Assembly: GCA_032117235.1 (NCBI GenBank)
Contig: JAULZW010000003.1
Location: 2,798-66,797 of the forward strand
Length of the DNA stretch: 64,000 nucleotides
Reading direction: 5' to 3'
Source: Minisyncoccota bacterium
GTDB lineage: Bacteria > Patescibacteriota > Minisyncoccia > SW-4-49-11
Positions 28,353 through 38,536 of this stretch are shown in pieces. The translations under genes and the position numbers were made by a program. The notes beneath the pieces were generated by a model that ran no database searches, was not told the origin of the DNA, and worked only from the letters and a program-made list of their open reading frames with translations. The stretch's first letter is position 1. Each line of letters opens with the position of its first letter.

Positions 28353-31145
28353 ATGTCTGAGATCAAAAACTTATATGAGATAATCAACACTCAAAAGCAA
28401 GGATTAAAAAACTTTAATCCTGAAATTTTTGAAATCCCAGATTATATTTCTAATAATTTGAAATATAGTTTTTTTGATTGGCAAAGGGAGGCTTTGGAGA
28501 ACTTTTTATTTTATCAAAATCCAAAATCAAATTTAGCTAAATCCCCTACTCATCTAATGTTCAATATGGCGACTGGAACGGGGAAAACTATGCTAATGGC
28601 GGCTTCTATTTTGTATTATTATAAACAGGGTTATCGGCATTTTATCTTTTTTGTGAATCAAAATAATATTGTTAGTAAGACAGAGAATAATTTTATTGCT
28701 AATTTGCATAATAAGTATTTATTTCAAGACAAAATTGTGATTGATAATCAGACGGTGGAGATTAAAAAAGTGGAGGCTTTTAGTGATAATCCGACTGGTA
28801 TTGAGATTAAATTCACTTCGGTACAAAAATTATATAATGATATTCATTTACAAAGAGAAAACCAGACTACTTTACCGGATTTATGGAATAAAAATATTGT
28901 AATGTTGGCTGATGAGGCTCATCATCTCAATACGGATACTAAAAAAGCGAAATTACAGACCGCTTTACTTGACACTGAACTGAACAATAAATCTAGTGAA
29001 AATGTGGTTGAAAAGCTAGGCTGGGAGCATACGGTGATTGAATTGATTTTGAATAAAAATAATAAAAAATCCACCCCGCTGTCTAAAGACAGCACCCCTC
29101 AAGAGGGGAATTCTAACTGTAATGTCTTATTAGAATTTACGGCGACTATTCCAGCTACTGCCAGTGTGGCGAAGAAATATGAGGATAAAATTATTTATAA
29201 ATTTGATTTGAAGCAATTTTTGCAAGCTGGGTTTACGAAGCAGATTAATCTGATTTCTTCTAATCTGAATAAGCGGGATAGAATTTTGCAGGCTTTATTA
29301 TTTCATTGGTATCGGCATAAAGTTGCTCTGGATGCTGGTATTCCTAATTTTAAGCCGGTGATTTTATTCCGTAGCAAGACTATTGAGGAGTCTAAGTATG
29401 ATTATGAGGAGTTTTTGGATATGATTCAGAATTTGAGTTTGGATGATTTACAATTTTTGGATTATATTTTAGAGAACTTTAAGTTTGCTAATCATAGTTT
29501 GTATGAACAAGGTAAGAATAGGACAGAGCAATTAGTAGATTATATTCAAGTTAATAAAATTAAAAGAAGTGAGATTATTGACTTTTTGAAGCAGAATTTC
29601 CAAGCTAAAAATGTGATTATTACTAACTCTAAGAGTAATAAAACTAAAAAAGAAAAAACTGATGAGGAAATAGATAATTTATTGAATAATTTGGAGGACA
29701 AAAATAATCATATTCGAGCTATTTTTACAGTGGAGAGATTAACTGAAGGTTGGGATGTGCTGAATTTATATGATATTGTACGGTTATATGAGGGGCAGAA
29801 TACAGGAGGGTCTTATCAGAAAGGTAATAAACCTCCTGAATCTACCACCAAAGAAAAGCAGTTAATTGGTCGTGGAGTGAGATATTATCCTTTTGATTAT
29901 CCAGAAAAAGAGAGGCATCGGCGAAAATTTGATAATGATACTCAAAAACGAGAGCGAATTTTGGAGGAGTTATTCTTTTATAGTATCAATGAAAGTAGGT
30001 ATATCTCGGAGTTAAAAACCGAGCTCAAGAGGGATGGGTTTATTGATGAGAATCGTAATATTAGAACCTTTGAATTGAAGGATAGCTTTAAGAAAACCAA
30101 TTTCTATAAACAGGTTAAAGTTTGGCAGAATAAAAAAATCCCGAATCCAAATAGACGGAAGAATACTCTAGCCGATTTGAAGCAAGATAAAAATTATTTT
30201 ATGTCTGCTTATCAGGTGCCAACTTATAGTGTAAGAGAAGACGGAGTGGACTTTGAGAAGGAGGAAAAAGAATATAGATTGAATCAAATGGCTAATCCAA
30301 ACTCTAACTTTGAGATTCCTTTAGCTAAGATGGAGAAACATATTTTTTATAAAGCGATTCATATTTTATCTAAACAAAGCAATTCTTTATATCGTTTTGA
30401 TAATTTGAGGCAAGAATTGAATATTGATAGTATGGAGGATTTGTTGCAAGCGGAGTTTTTGGGAGATATTATGATACCTTTTAAGCTACCAGCTAAAATG
30501 ACTTATCAGGATTTGGATAATAAGCATAAATTACAGGCAGTGATGCAAGTTTTGACTGATATTGAGCGAAGATTAGCGGAGTCTATTAGTGAATATATTG
30601 GTAGTAAGGAGTTTTATCCAAAGAGTTTGGAGAGTATTTTTGGAGCTCCGAAAGCTAAGGCGATTGACACTTTGAATGAGCATACCGAGATGGCTGAACA
30701 AAATGATTGGTATGTTTTGAATAATTTTGTAGGCACAGATCAGGAGCAGTCTTTACTGGAGTTTATCAAAAGCTCTATGTCTGAGTTAGAGCAAAAATAC
30801 GGTGAGATTTATTTATTAAGAAATGAAGAGGTGTATGGGATTTATGATTTTGACAAAGGTAGAACTTTTATGCCGGACTTTTTGTTATTTTTGAAAACTA
30901 AGGATAAACACAATGTAGGAGTGTCTAAGACGGAACTATACTATCAGGTATTTATTGAGCCAAAAGGTGCTCAATTAGCAACTTTGGATGCTTGGAAAAA
31001 TGACTTTCTAGCTGAAATTCAATATAATTATAAATTGGAGAATATAATTCAAGCTGAAAACTCTAATTATAGATTGATTGGACTACCTTTCTTTAATACT
31101 AATCTAAGTGCCGAGTTTAGAGATAAATTCTCAGAATTAATTTAA
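28353..31145 (+). CDS. res: Type III restriction enzyme Res subunit (SF2 DEAH helicase plus C-terminal PD-(D/E)xK endonuclease)
   Basis: Motif I ATGTGKT, motif II LADEAHHL, helicase C motifs (QLIGRGVR), C-terminal MPDFLLF...YQVFIEPKG nuclease motif. Confidence 0.85.
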   Translation: MSEIKNLYEIINTQKQGLKNFNPEIFEIPDYISNNLKYSFFDWQREALENFLFYQNPKSNLAKSPTHLMFNMATGTGKTMLMAASILYYYKQGYRHFIFFVNQNNIVSKTENNFIANLHNKYLFQDKIVIDNQTVEIKKVEAFSDNPTGIEIKFTSVQKLYNDIHLQRENQTTLPDLWNKNIVMLADEAHHLNTDTKKAKLQTALLDTELNNKSSENVVEKLGWEHTVIELILNKNNKKSTPLSKDSTPQEGNSNCNVLLEFTATIPATASVAKKYEDKIIYKFDLKQFLQAGFTKQINLISSNLNKRDRILQALLFHWYRHKVALDAGIPNFKPVILFRSKTIEESKYDYEEFLDMIQNLSLDDLQFLDYILENFKFANHSLYEQGKNRTEQLVDYIQVNKIKRSEIIDFLKQNFQAKNVIITNSKSNKTKKEKTDEEIDNLLNNLEDKNNHIRAIFTVERLTEGWDVLNLYDIVRLYEGQNTGGSYQKGNKPPESTTKEKQLIGRGVRYYPFDYPEKERHRRKFDNDTQKRERILEELFFYSINESRYISELKTELKRDGFIDENRNIRTFELKDSFKKTNFYKQVKVWQNKKIPNPNRRKNTLADLKQDKNYFMSAYQVPTYSVREDGVDFEKEEKEYRLNQMANPNSNFEIPLAKMEKHIFYKAIHILSKQSNSLYRFDNLRQELNIDSMEDLLQAEFLGDIMIPFKLPAKMTYQDLDNKHKLQAVMQVLTDIERRLAESISEYIGSKEFYPKSLESIFGAPKAKAIDTLNEHTEMAEQNDWYVLNNFVGTDQEQSLLEFIKSSMSELEQKYGEIYLLRNEEVYGIYDFDKGRTFMPDFLLFLKTKDKHNVGVSKTELYYQVFIEPKGAQLATLDAWKNDFLAEIQYNYKLENIIQAENSNYRLIGLPFFNTNLSAEFRDKFSELI
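29071..29112. repeat. 42-nt GC-rich palindromic element inserted in frame within res (encodes STPLSKDSTPQEGN-like segment)
   Basis: ccaccccgctgtctaaagacagcacccctcaagaggggaatt; flanks identical to the mod copy (ccaccccg ... cacccctcaagaggggaatt), with a different internal palindrome gctgtctaaagacagc. Confidence 0.6.
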
Positions 31146-31155
31146 GGTTTAATCT

Positions 31156-32145
31156 ATGGCTGAACTATTCGCTTTTATATTCTTAATATCACTAGTTTGT
31201 TTGGTGTTGGGTTTGATTCGGCCAGCAATATTTACTAAGTTATTTCGTGATAAGCCTAAGAGGAAACAAACTGGAGTGCTTTTTGGGGTTTTGATTTTTA
31301 TTTCTATTGTTGTAATAGGGGCTAGTCCTGCTCCTGAGGTATCTCAAGATATAAAACCTGAACCAGTAGCGAAGACGGTGGAAACTACAGATGTCGCGCC
31401 TGCGGAGGACAATACTACTACTCCTGAGCCTGAGAGTGTGTCTGTGGTGCCTGTTTTACCAGCTCTAAGCCCTACTGAAGAGCAGTCTAGTATTCCACAG
31501 CCCGAGGTAAAGCAAGAGTCAAATTCTGCCCAAAATCCGACTAGAGATTTATTCAAAGTAACTGAAGTTGTAGATGGAGATACGATTAAAGTTAGTACGA
31601 TTGGGACATTGAGATTAATTGGTATAGATACTCCTGAAACAAGAGATCCTCGTAAACCAGTACAATGTTTTGGTAAGGAGGCTAGTAATAAGGCTAAGGA
31701 ATTATTAAGTGGTAAAAAGATATATCTAGAATATGACCCTGCCAACAAAATAGATAAATATGGAAGAACTTTAGCTTATGTTTATCGTGAAGATGGATTA
31801 TTCTATAATGCTGAGATGATTAAACAGGGGTATGCTCATTCTTATGTACAATTCCCCCACCCTAGATTAGATGAATTCAATACTTATCAGCAAGAGGCTA
31901 GAGAGAATAATAGAGGTTTTTGGGCGACTAATACTTGTAATGGAGATACTATTCAAGCCGTTTCGGTGAGTTCTAAAACTGCCATTCCCCTACCGATTAG
32001 CCATGAGATAAATAAAGATGGGTTTATCAAAGGTAGTTGTGCGAGTTTGATAAAATTAGGTTTAGGTAATTTTGAAAGAGGAGACCCTAATTATACTGAA
32101 TCCAGAGACCGCGATGAGGATGGTATTGCTTGTGAAATGAATTGA
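31156..32145 (+). CDS. membrane-anchored thermonuclease (SNase-like) with C-terminal Excalibur calcium-binding domain
   Basis: N-terminal TM helix, Pro/Glu-rich linker, SNase core (VVDGDTIKV...LRLIGIDTPET...YGRTLAYVY), C-terminal DRDEDGIACE Excalibur motif; begins 11 nt after res. Confidence 0.7.
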   Translation: MAELFAFIFLISLVCLVLGLIRPAIFTKLFRDKPKRKQTGVLFGVLIFISIVVIGASPAPEVSQDIKPEPVAKTVETTDVAPAEDNTTTPEPESVSVVPVLPALSPTEEQSSIPQPEVKQESNSAQNPTRDLFKVTEVVDGDTIKVSTIGTLRLIGIDTPETRDPRKPVQCFGKEASNKAKELLSGKKIYLEYDPANKIDKYGRTLAYVYREDGLFYNAEMIKQGYAHSYVQFPHPRLDEFNTYQQEARENNRGFWATNTCNGDTIQAVSVSSKTAIPLPISHEINKDGFIKGSCASLIKLGLGNFERGDPNYTESRDRDEDGIACEMN

Positions 32146-32282
32146 GAATTTATATAACCTTGCAAAAAAGCTAATTCTATGCTATTATCAATTTAATCTT
32201 TCGCCTAGTCCTTGATTGACCTAAGTTTCTAAATCTGAGTATCTACAGATTTAATGTCCATTTATTATTATTGTATAGAATA

Positions 32283-32708
32283 ATGTTATACGAAATCACT
32301 TATATCCTAAAGCCCGAGTTAACCAATGAAGAGCAGTCTAGTATTAACTCTAAAGTTGCTGATTTAATTCAGTCCCTGGAAGGAAGCACCAATACTACCG
32401 AAAGGACTTTTTCAGTAGAGAGGGGTGGGACTGATGAAAATAATCTTCGTAAATTTGCTTATCCAATTAAGCATTATAGACAAGGTTATTATTATACCAG
32501 TACTTTTGAATTAGAACCTACTAGGTTAAAAGAGTTAAACTCAACATTAGAAAGAGAAGCTAATATTCTAAGGTTTTTGATAGTAAAAGAATTTATCAAC
32601 CTCAGTGAGATACCTGTAGAGGAAAAGAAGGATGTTTCTAAAGAAGAAAAACCTTTAAAATTTGAAGGTAAATCTTATAAAGATAAGCAGTCAATCAAAA
32701 AAGATTAA
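32283..32708 (+). CDS. rpsF: 30S ribosomal protein S6 with K/E-rich C-terminal extension
   Basis: MLYEITYILKPE...LRKFAYPI...NILRFLIV matches the S6 core; the track ORF starts at an upstream TTG, but the ATG at 32283 is the more likely start; canonical rpsF-ssb-rpsR order. Confidence 0.75.
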   Translation: MLYEITYILKPELTNEEQSSINSKVADLIQSLEGSTNTTERTFSVERGGTDENNLRKFAYPIKHYRQGYYYTSTFELEPTRLKELNSTLEREANILRFLIVKEFINLSEIPVEEKKDVSKEEKPLKFEGKSYKDKQSIKKD

Positions 32709-32726
32709 TTATTAACACCAAATTAT

Positions 32727-33203
32727 ATGTATCTTAACAAAGTCTATCTTATCGGTAATCTAACTCAAGATCCTGAGTTCAAAGCTTTACCTAGTGGTTC
32801 ATCAGTTGCTAACTTTAGTTTAGCCACTAATAGAACTTGGACTGACAAGCAAGGACAGAGACAAGAAACTGCAGAATATCACAATATTGTGTCTTATGGA
32901 AAGCAAGCTGAAACCATGAGTCAGTATTTAAAAAAAGGATCTCTCTTGTTTGTGGAAGGAAGAATACAAACAAGATCTTGGGAAGCTCAGGATGGACAAA
33001 AAAAGTATAGAACTGAAATTATAGTAGATACATTTCAATTTGGACCGAAAGGATCAGGTGCAGGGAATACATCTAGTCAACCAAGGTCAGCAAATACAAA
33101 TAATTCAAGCTCTAAACCATCTCAAGTCAGCAATCAACAGGAGGATTTACCAACTGTTAACCTAGATGAAGATGAAATTGACTTAGAAGAAATTCCATTT
33201 TAA
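32727..33203 (+). CDS. ssb: single-stranded DNA-binding protein
   Basis: OB-fold N-terminus (NKVYLIGNLTQDPE...TAEYHNIVSYGKQAE...LLFVEGRIQTRSWE) and acidic tail DEDEIDLEEIPF. Confidence 0.85.
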   Translation: MYLNKVYLIGNLTQDPEFKALPSGSSVANFSLATNRTWTDKQGQRQETAEYHNIVSYGKQAETMSQYLKKGSLLFVEGRIQTRSWEAQDGQKKYRTEIIVDTFQFGPKGSGAGNTSSQPRSANTNNSSSKPSQVSNQQEDLPTVNLDEDEIDLEEIPF

Positions 33204-33221
33204 TTAATTAACTATATACTT

Positions 33222-33443
33222 ATGCGAAATAACAAGAAGAAAGTTCCTAAAGTATGCTATTTTAGCACTAATAATGTAGATATAGACTACAAGGATGCAA
33301 TTACCTTAAAAATGTTTATAACTCCTCAAGCTAAAATAGTATCATCACGAAGAACTGGTACTAGAGCTGGACACCAGAGAAATCTATCTAAAGCTATGAA
33401 AAGAGCTCGATTTTTATCAATTATCCCTTATGTAACCAGATAA
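33222..33443 (+). CDS. rpsR: 30S ribosomal protein S18
   Basis: [38 protein letters not shown] is a canonical S18. Confidence 0.85.
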   Translation: MRNNKKKVPKVCYFSTNNVDIDYKDAITLKMFITPQAKIVSSRRTGTRAGHQRNLSKAMKRARFLSIIPYVTR

Positions 33444-33447
33444 ATCT

Positions 33448-33717
33448 ATGCCTATTACAAAATCCGCTATCAAAGCACATCGACAATCACTTAAAAAGAA
33501 TGCCGAGAATAATATAGTCAAAAAAAGACTAAGATCTACTGTTAAAGAATTTGTAGGTTATTTATCTACAGATGCTGATAAGGCTAAAGAGTTAATTCCT
33601 AAACTTTATAAAGCAATTGATAAGACTACTAAAAGAGGGATCTTGAAGAAAAACTCCGCTGCCCGTAAGAAATCTCGACTCACAGCAAAGCTTAATCAAG
33701 CATTAGCTGAGAAATAA
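33448..33717 (+). CDS. rpsT: 30S ribosomal protein S20
   Basis: MPITKSAIKAHRQSLKKNAENN...; basic alpha-helical 89-aa protein. Confidence 0.8.
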   Translation: MPITKSAIKAHRQSLKKNAENNIVKKRLRSTVKEFVGYLSTDADKAKELIPKLYKAIDKTTKRGILKKNSAARKKSRLTAKLNQALAEK

Positions 33718-33730
33718 GCCCCTCATTTAA

Positions 33731-33762
33731 AAAGCTCTCATTATAATCTGGGAGCTTTTTAG
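33731..33762. terminator. bidirectional terminator between rpsT and holA
   Basis: agctctc-attataatct-gggagct hairpin followed by ttttt. Confidence 0.4.
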
Positions 33763-34784
33763 GTTACATACCCTATCCCCAACTCTTTTAGCTTATCATA
33801 GGGATTCTTACCTTCAAATTTGATAGTATAATCTCCTTCGATGAGGTCTAGATATATTTTTTTTAAGTCTTGAGACTTCCAATTACGGATATTTTGGGCG
33901 GTTATTTGTAAAATATATGGATTGCCTTTAACATAATCAGTATATTGATGTCCTTTTTCTTGAGCTAATTTTATAATCAAAGCTGTTTTAATTTGGCTTA
34001 TAAATAATCCATACAAAGCTATTCCTTCTATGCCCATTTGTTCTAAATTTTTCAAAGCAACTAAATACTCTCCGTAATGCTGTCTATATATGTGATCCGC
34101 TAATGAAAAAACACTATCTGTACTTTCTTGTAGTAGTATAGATTGTATCATTGAGATTGTTATATTTTGTGTCTCTCCATAATAGTTATAGAGTTGATTA
34201 AATATAAACTCTATTTTATAAAAATCTATTCTAAACATAGATTTTTGTGATTTAGATTTATTGCCAATTTTTTCTAAATAGCTTTTATGTTCCTGCTTCT
34301 GATAGTTTAATAAATACATAATAGCCTCTCTTGAAATATCTATTCTTTGATCCAAACTCATTTGATGAATATAAGCTATTGCTTTTGACTCTGGTAAATA
34401 CTCGTATTGAGTTATTTTGGCTTTAAGATCTATTAAAACTTTTGTTAATGGATGAGTTTTTGGTATGTTATCTGTATCATAAAATAGCACAATGATATCT
34501 GGACTATCCTTACAATGTTGTAATGTTTTCTTAACTTTAGTGTGTAAAGTCTTAGGTAAAGCGATTAAGTCTTTAATAATAATCAGTCTTTTGTCTACAA
34601 ATAAAGAGCTTGTATTAAAACTTTGCTTTAATCTAGCCAATAGAGTCTCTTCGGTATCTGGCAATTCAATATCGTTAAAAGAAAATATTTCTTGTTTAGC
34701 TTGTTTTTGCAGACCAAGTTTTTGAATAGATTTTAGTTTCTCCCTAGAGCGATAAGTATCTGGTCCTGAAATAGATATAATCAT
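33759..34784 (-). CDS. holA: DNA polymerase III delta subunit
   Basis: 341 aa with N-terminal MIISISGPDTY and alpha-helical architecture typical of HolA; conserved synteny next to rpsT. Confidence 0.5.
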   Translation of the reverse strand: MIISISGPDTYRSREKLKSIQKLGLQKQAKQEIFSFNDIELPDTEETLLARLKQSFNTSSLFVDKRLIIIKDLIALPKTLHTKVKKTLQHCKDSPDIIVLFYDTDNIPKTHPLTKVLIDLKAKITQYEYLPESKAIAYIHQMSLDQRIDISREAIMYLLNYQKQEHKSYLEKIGNKSKSQKSMFRIDFYKIEFIFNQLYNYYGETQNITISMIQSILLQESTDSVFSLADHIYRQHYGEYLVALKNLEQMGIEGIALYGLFISQIKTALIIKLAQEKGHQYTDYVKGNPYILQITAQNIRNWKSQDLKKIYLDLIEGDYTIKFEGKNPYDKLKELGIGYVT

Positions 34785-34814
34785 AAATACTTAGTTCTAT
34801 ATAAATGTTAGGCT

Positions 34815-35954
34815 TTAATTTAACTCCCATTTTAAACTTTGGTTTGGCTCAATTACTTGTATAAAAGTCTGTCCTGGTACTAATAACATCTCTTGTCCGT
34901 CTTCTGTCCCATAAAATCTCAAAGTATCTTTAAACCCTTCTTTTTTCCAGGTTATATTTTTCTCTTGTCCATTGTGATAAATTTTACCTTCTCCTGCACC
35001 ATAAATTGAAACTTCATTGTACTGGCCTTCGATCTGTTTAGAAGAAGCTCTCATTACCACAATATTTTTAGACTTAATCTCAGAGTCTTTATTACCTCTA
35101 TCTAAATCTTTTTGTCCAGACCAATATCTGGTGTAGGTATTGTCATCTTTATTGTATTCCCAGCTAGTAGCAAATATGCCTCCAAATCCAACATATAGCT
35201 TGCCATTTTTAGCATTAGATTTTTGATCTTCAATAGATTTTTTATTCAAGAATTTATATCCTTCCAAATTAGATTCCAGAGCATACCCCCTATCTTTAGC
35301 TAATTCAATAACTTTTGGCAAGGAAACAAAGCCATTATGTGGAGCTGGGATGGTACTTTTTCTGAAAAATGGGCCGCTTGAAGACAAAGCGTCAATGTCT
35401 GCAATTTTACCTAAATCTTCTCCAGTATATCTTTTACCAGTCTTAAGCTCATCTAGTGCAAAATGTGATCCTCCCCAATGAATATACATAGCATCCCAAC
35501 CTCTAACTAAACTAATATAATCATGTCTAGCACTACGAATTGAACCTACTTCATCTGGTAGATTACAGACAAAAACCCCCATCAATCTAGTTACACTACC
35601 CGTAATTACAGGCATCTCAACCACAATTTCAGCTTGACTTAATCCTGATAATGGCCTAGCTACTGCATCTCCTGCCATCATCACAGCCACTGGTCTTTGT
35701 TTATAATTATCACATTGTACCCCGGTTAAAGGACTAGTATTGCTTAATTTTTCTTCACTAGGTTCCAAAACATTGTCTAAGGAGCTTACTTCTTGTGTTT
35801 GTTTTGAATCAATCTGAACTTGATCCTTGTTATTAATTCCGCTAAAAGCATACACTACCAATCCAATAATGCTAAATCCTATAAAAAACGCACCGACAAC
35901 TATGTATTTTTCTTTTTTGGTTAATGTATCCCATCTTTTTAAGAATGTCTTCAT
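34815..35954 (-). CDS. DUF3048-family (YerB-like) membrane-anchored protein
   Basis: N-terminal TM helix; QRPVAVMMAGDAVARPLSGLSQAEIVVEMPV..TRLMGVF...IRSARHDYISL...AMYIHWGGS matches the DUF3048 core. Confidence 0.55.
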   Translation of the reverse strand: MKTFLKRWDTLTKKEKYIVVGAFFIGFSIIGLVVYAFSGINNKDQVQIDSKQTQEVSSLDNVLEPSEEKLSNTSPLTGVQCDNYKQRPVAVMMAGDAVARPLSGLSQAEIVVEMPVITGSVTRLMGVFVCNLPDEVGSIRSARHDYISLVRGWDAMYIHWGGSHFALDELKTGKRYTGEDLGKIADIDALSSSGPFFRKSTIPAPHNGFVSLPKVIELAKDRGYALESNLEGYKFLNKKSIEDQKSNAKNGKLYVGFGGIFATSWEYNKDDNTYTRYWSGQKDLDRGNKDSEIKSKNIVVMRASSKQIEGQYNEVSIYGAGEGKIYHNGQEKNITWKKEGFKDTLRFYGTEDGQEMLLVPGQTFIQVIEPNQSLKWELN

Positions 35955-35958
35955 ATCT

Positions 35959-36342
35959 TTATGGAATTAATTTATTAATTTTAGAGACTATTTCAGTAGG
36001 AGAGTAGTGCGATTTAACAATATAATCTACAGCCCCTAGTTTGAGACATTCCATAATTTTATCTTGTTCACTTAAATTACTCATAATAATAATTTTAGGA
36101 CTGTAACTATCTGTTTTTTTCTCATTAAATTCAGATAATATTTCTAGACCTGTTTTGTTTGGTATCATTAAATCTAATAAGATGATGTTATATTTTTCTG
36201 ATAAAAGTTTATTCAGACCATCTTGTCCGTCTGAAGATTCTGTAACCTTATACTTAGACTCTCTAAGCTTTATACTCACCAATTCTCGGACAAATATATC
36301 ATCCTCTATAATTAGCAATGATTTTTTATTTTGTTCTGGCAT
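35959..36342 (-). CDS. single-domain response regulator (CheY-like receiver)
   Basis: LLIIEDD...LLDLMIP...K receiver motifs with Asp pocket; 127 aa, no output domain. Confidence 0.7.
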   Translation of the reverse strand: MPEQNKKSLLIIEDDIFVRELVSIKLRESKYKVTESSDGQDGLNKLLSEKYNIILLDLMIPNKTGLEILSEFNEKKTDSYSPKIIIMSNLSEQDKIMECLKLGAVDYIVKSHYSPTEIVSKINKLIP

Positions 36343-36463
36343 ATTATGTTAATTTATTATTAATTTGATTATAACATATTTTATAAAAATACAATAGTTT
36401 ACATTATCAATGTATTTATTTTAATAATTGTAATCCCCAAATTTAATGATATAATAGTAATAT

Positions 36464-38497
36464 ATGAATTTTAAAATCTCATCTCACTATACACCTAAAG
36501 GAGATCAACCTCAAGCTATTGACAAGCTAAGTAACGGATTGTCTCAAGGGAGAGTTCATCAAACCTTACTAGGAGTGACAGGATCCGGAAAAACCTTTAC
36601 CATGGCTAATTTGATTGAAAAATATCAAAAACCCACCCTTATTATTTCCCATAATAAAACTTTAGCGGCTCAATTATATCAGGAGTTTCGTGATTTTTTT
36701 CCAGAAAACAATGTACATTATTTTGTTTCTTACTACGATTATTACCAGCCGGAGAGTTATTTACCTTCATCTGATACTTATATTGAGAAAGAGTCAATGA
36801 CTAATGCTCAGGTAGAGAGATTACGGCATGCGGCTACCCAAAGTTTATTGTCAAACCAAGACACAATCATAATTTCATCTGTATCTTGTATTTATGGTAT
36901 TGGGTCTCCAGAAGATTATGGTAATTTATCTTTAATAATAGAGGTTGGCCAAAAAATTCTAAGGGATGACTTTATACGAAGTTTGATTGCTATTCAATAT
37001 AGTCGTAATGATATTGATTTTAAACCAGGATGTTTTCGAATTAAAGGAGATGTTGTAGAAATTCATGAACCTGGAGAAAAAAGGTTGGTTAAAGTTAGTT
37101 TTTGGGGAGATACTATTGAGACTATTTCTTATAATGAATATCAGGATTCAATTTTAGAACAACTACCTGCAAAATATATAGATGGATACAGGGTTTTTCC
37201 AGCTACTCATTGGATTTCTACAAGGAGCAAGGTTGATAATATGATTCCTTTGATTAAAGATGAAATGTTACAGAGAGTAGATTTTTTTAAAAAACATAAT
37301 AAATTAATAGAAGCTCAAAGAATTGAAGAAAGAGTAAATTATGATGTTGAAATGTTATCTGAAGTAGGTTTTACAAAAGGTATTGAGAATTATTCTAGAT
37401 ATTTGACTGGACGAGCTCCAGGAGAGCCTCCCTACACTCTAATTGATTATTTTCTAGAAGCTGATACTAATTTTCTAACTTTAGTTGATGAATCTCATAT
37501 TACTTTACCTCAAATTAGAGGTATGCATAATGGGGATGCGGCACGGAAAAAGAATTTGATTGACTTTGGTTTTAGATTGCCATCAGCCGCTGATAATAGA
37601 CCATTAAAATTTTATGAGTTTGAGTCTAAAATCCCCCATATAGTCTATGTTTCTGCCACTCCTGGAGAATATGAATTAACTCATTCTACGGATAGTTTAA
37701 TTCACTCAATTCCTGAGTTACAAAATTTTAAAGAATTGCCCGAAGGGATTGCCGAGCAAATTATTAGACCTACTGGACTCTTAGAGCCTAGTATTGAAAT
37801 TCGTCCTACCGATAATCAGATTCAAGATGTGATTGATGAAATTGGTAATGTTATTATCAAAGATGAGCGAGTTTTAATCCTAACTTTAACCAAAAGAATG
37901 GCTGAGGATGTTGCGGACTTTCTGAAAGAAAAGAATATTAAAACTGAATATTTACACTCAGATATTGACACCTTAGACAGACCTGAAATTTTGACCAAAT
38001 TAAGACAAGGTGAATTTGATGTTTTAGTTGGAATTAATTTGTTACGAGAAGGTTTGGATTTACCAGAAGTATCTCTGGTGGCAATTCTAGATGCAGATAA
38101 AGAAGGTTTCTTGAGAAATGAAACTTCTCTGATTCAGACTATTGGTAGAGCGGCCAGACATAAAAATGGAAAGGTTATTCTTTATGCAAATAAAATTACA
38201 AAGTCTATTGACCGAGCTATTGCTGAGACAGATCGTAGGCGAGCTATTCAAATGAATTATAATGCTAAACATAATATTGTACCTGAGGGGATTAAAAAAG
38301 ATATAAGATCAAGTATTGTAAAGGATAAGAAAAAAGAACTGCAAGAACAAAAGGTTGCAGCTCTAGATATATCTGAGCGAGAATTTATGATAGAAGAATT
38401 AACTAAACAAATGAATCAATCAGCTAAAGAATTGGATTTTGAGAGGGCAAAAGATTTAAGAGATGAAATTACTTTGATTAAAAACCTAGAGAAATAA
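36464..38497 (+). CDS. uvrB: excinuclease ABC subunit B
   Basis: Walker A GVTGSGKT, helicase motifs, beta-hairpin region and C-terminal UVR domain (ERAKDLRDEITLIKN). Confidence 0.9.
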   Translation: MNFKISSHYTPKGDQPQAIDKLSNGLSQGRVHQTLLGVTGSGKTFTMANLIEKYQKPTLIISHNKTLAAQLYQEFRDFFPENNVHYFVSYYDYYQPESYLPSSDTYIEKESMTNAQVERLRHAATQSLLSNQDTIIISSVSCIYGIGSPEDYGNLSLIIEVGQKILRDDFIRSLIAIQYSRNDIDFKPGCFRIKGDVVEIHEPGEKRLVKVSFWGDTIETISYNEYQDSILEQLPAKYIDGYRVFPATHWISTRSKVDNMIPLIKDEMLQRVDFFKKHNKLIEAQRIEERVNYDVEMLSEVGFTKGIENYSRYLTGRAPGEPPYTLIDYFLEADTNFLTLVDESHITLPQIRGMHNGDAARKKNLIDFGFRLPSAADNRPLKFYEFESKIPHIVYVSATPGEYELTHSTDSLIHSIPELQNFKELPEGIAEQIIRPTGLLEPSIEIRPTDNQIQDVIDEIGNVIIKDERVLILTLTKRMAEDVADFLKEKNIKTEYLHSDIDTLDRPEILTKLRQGEFDVLVGINLLREGLDLPEVSLVAILDADKEGFLRNETSLIQTIGRAARHKNGKVILYANKITKSIDRAIAETDRRRAIQMNYNAKHNIVPEGIKKDIRSSIVKDKKKELQEQKVAALDISEREFMIEELTKQMNQSAKELDFERAKDLRDEITLIKNLEK

Positions 38498-38536
38498 AAT
38501 TAATAAACAATATTTTATACTTTGTGTTATAAAAGA

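Noticed and set aside
36343-36463. Possible SOS (LexA) operator upstream of uvrB
   Set aside because: Only a weak 5-bp inverted repeat (tacat..atgta); no CTGT-N8-ACAG or GAAC-N4-GTTC consensus, and no lexA gene in the window
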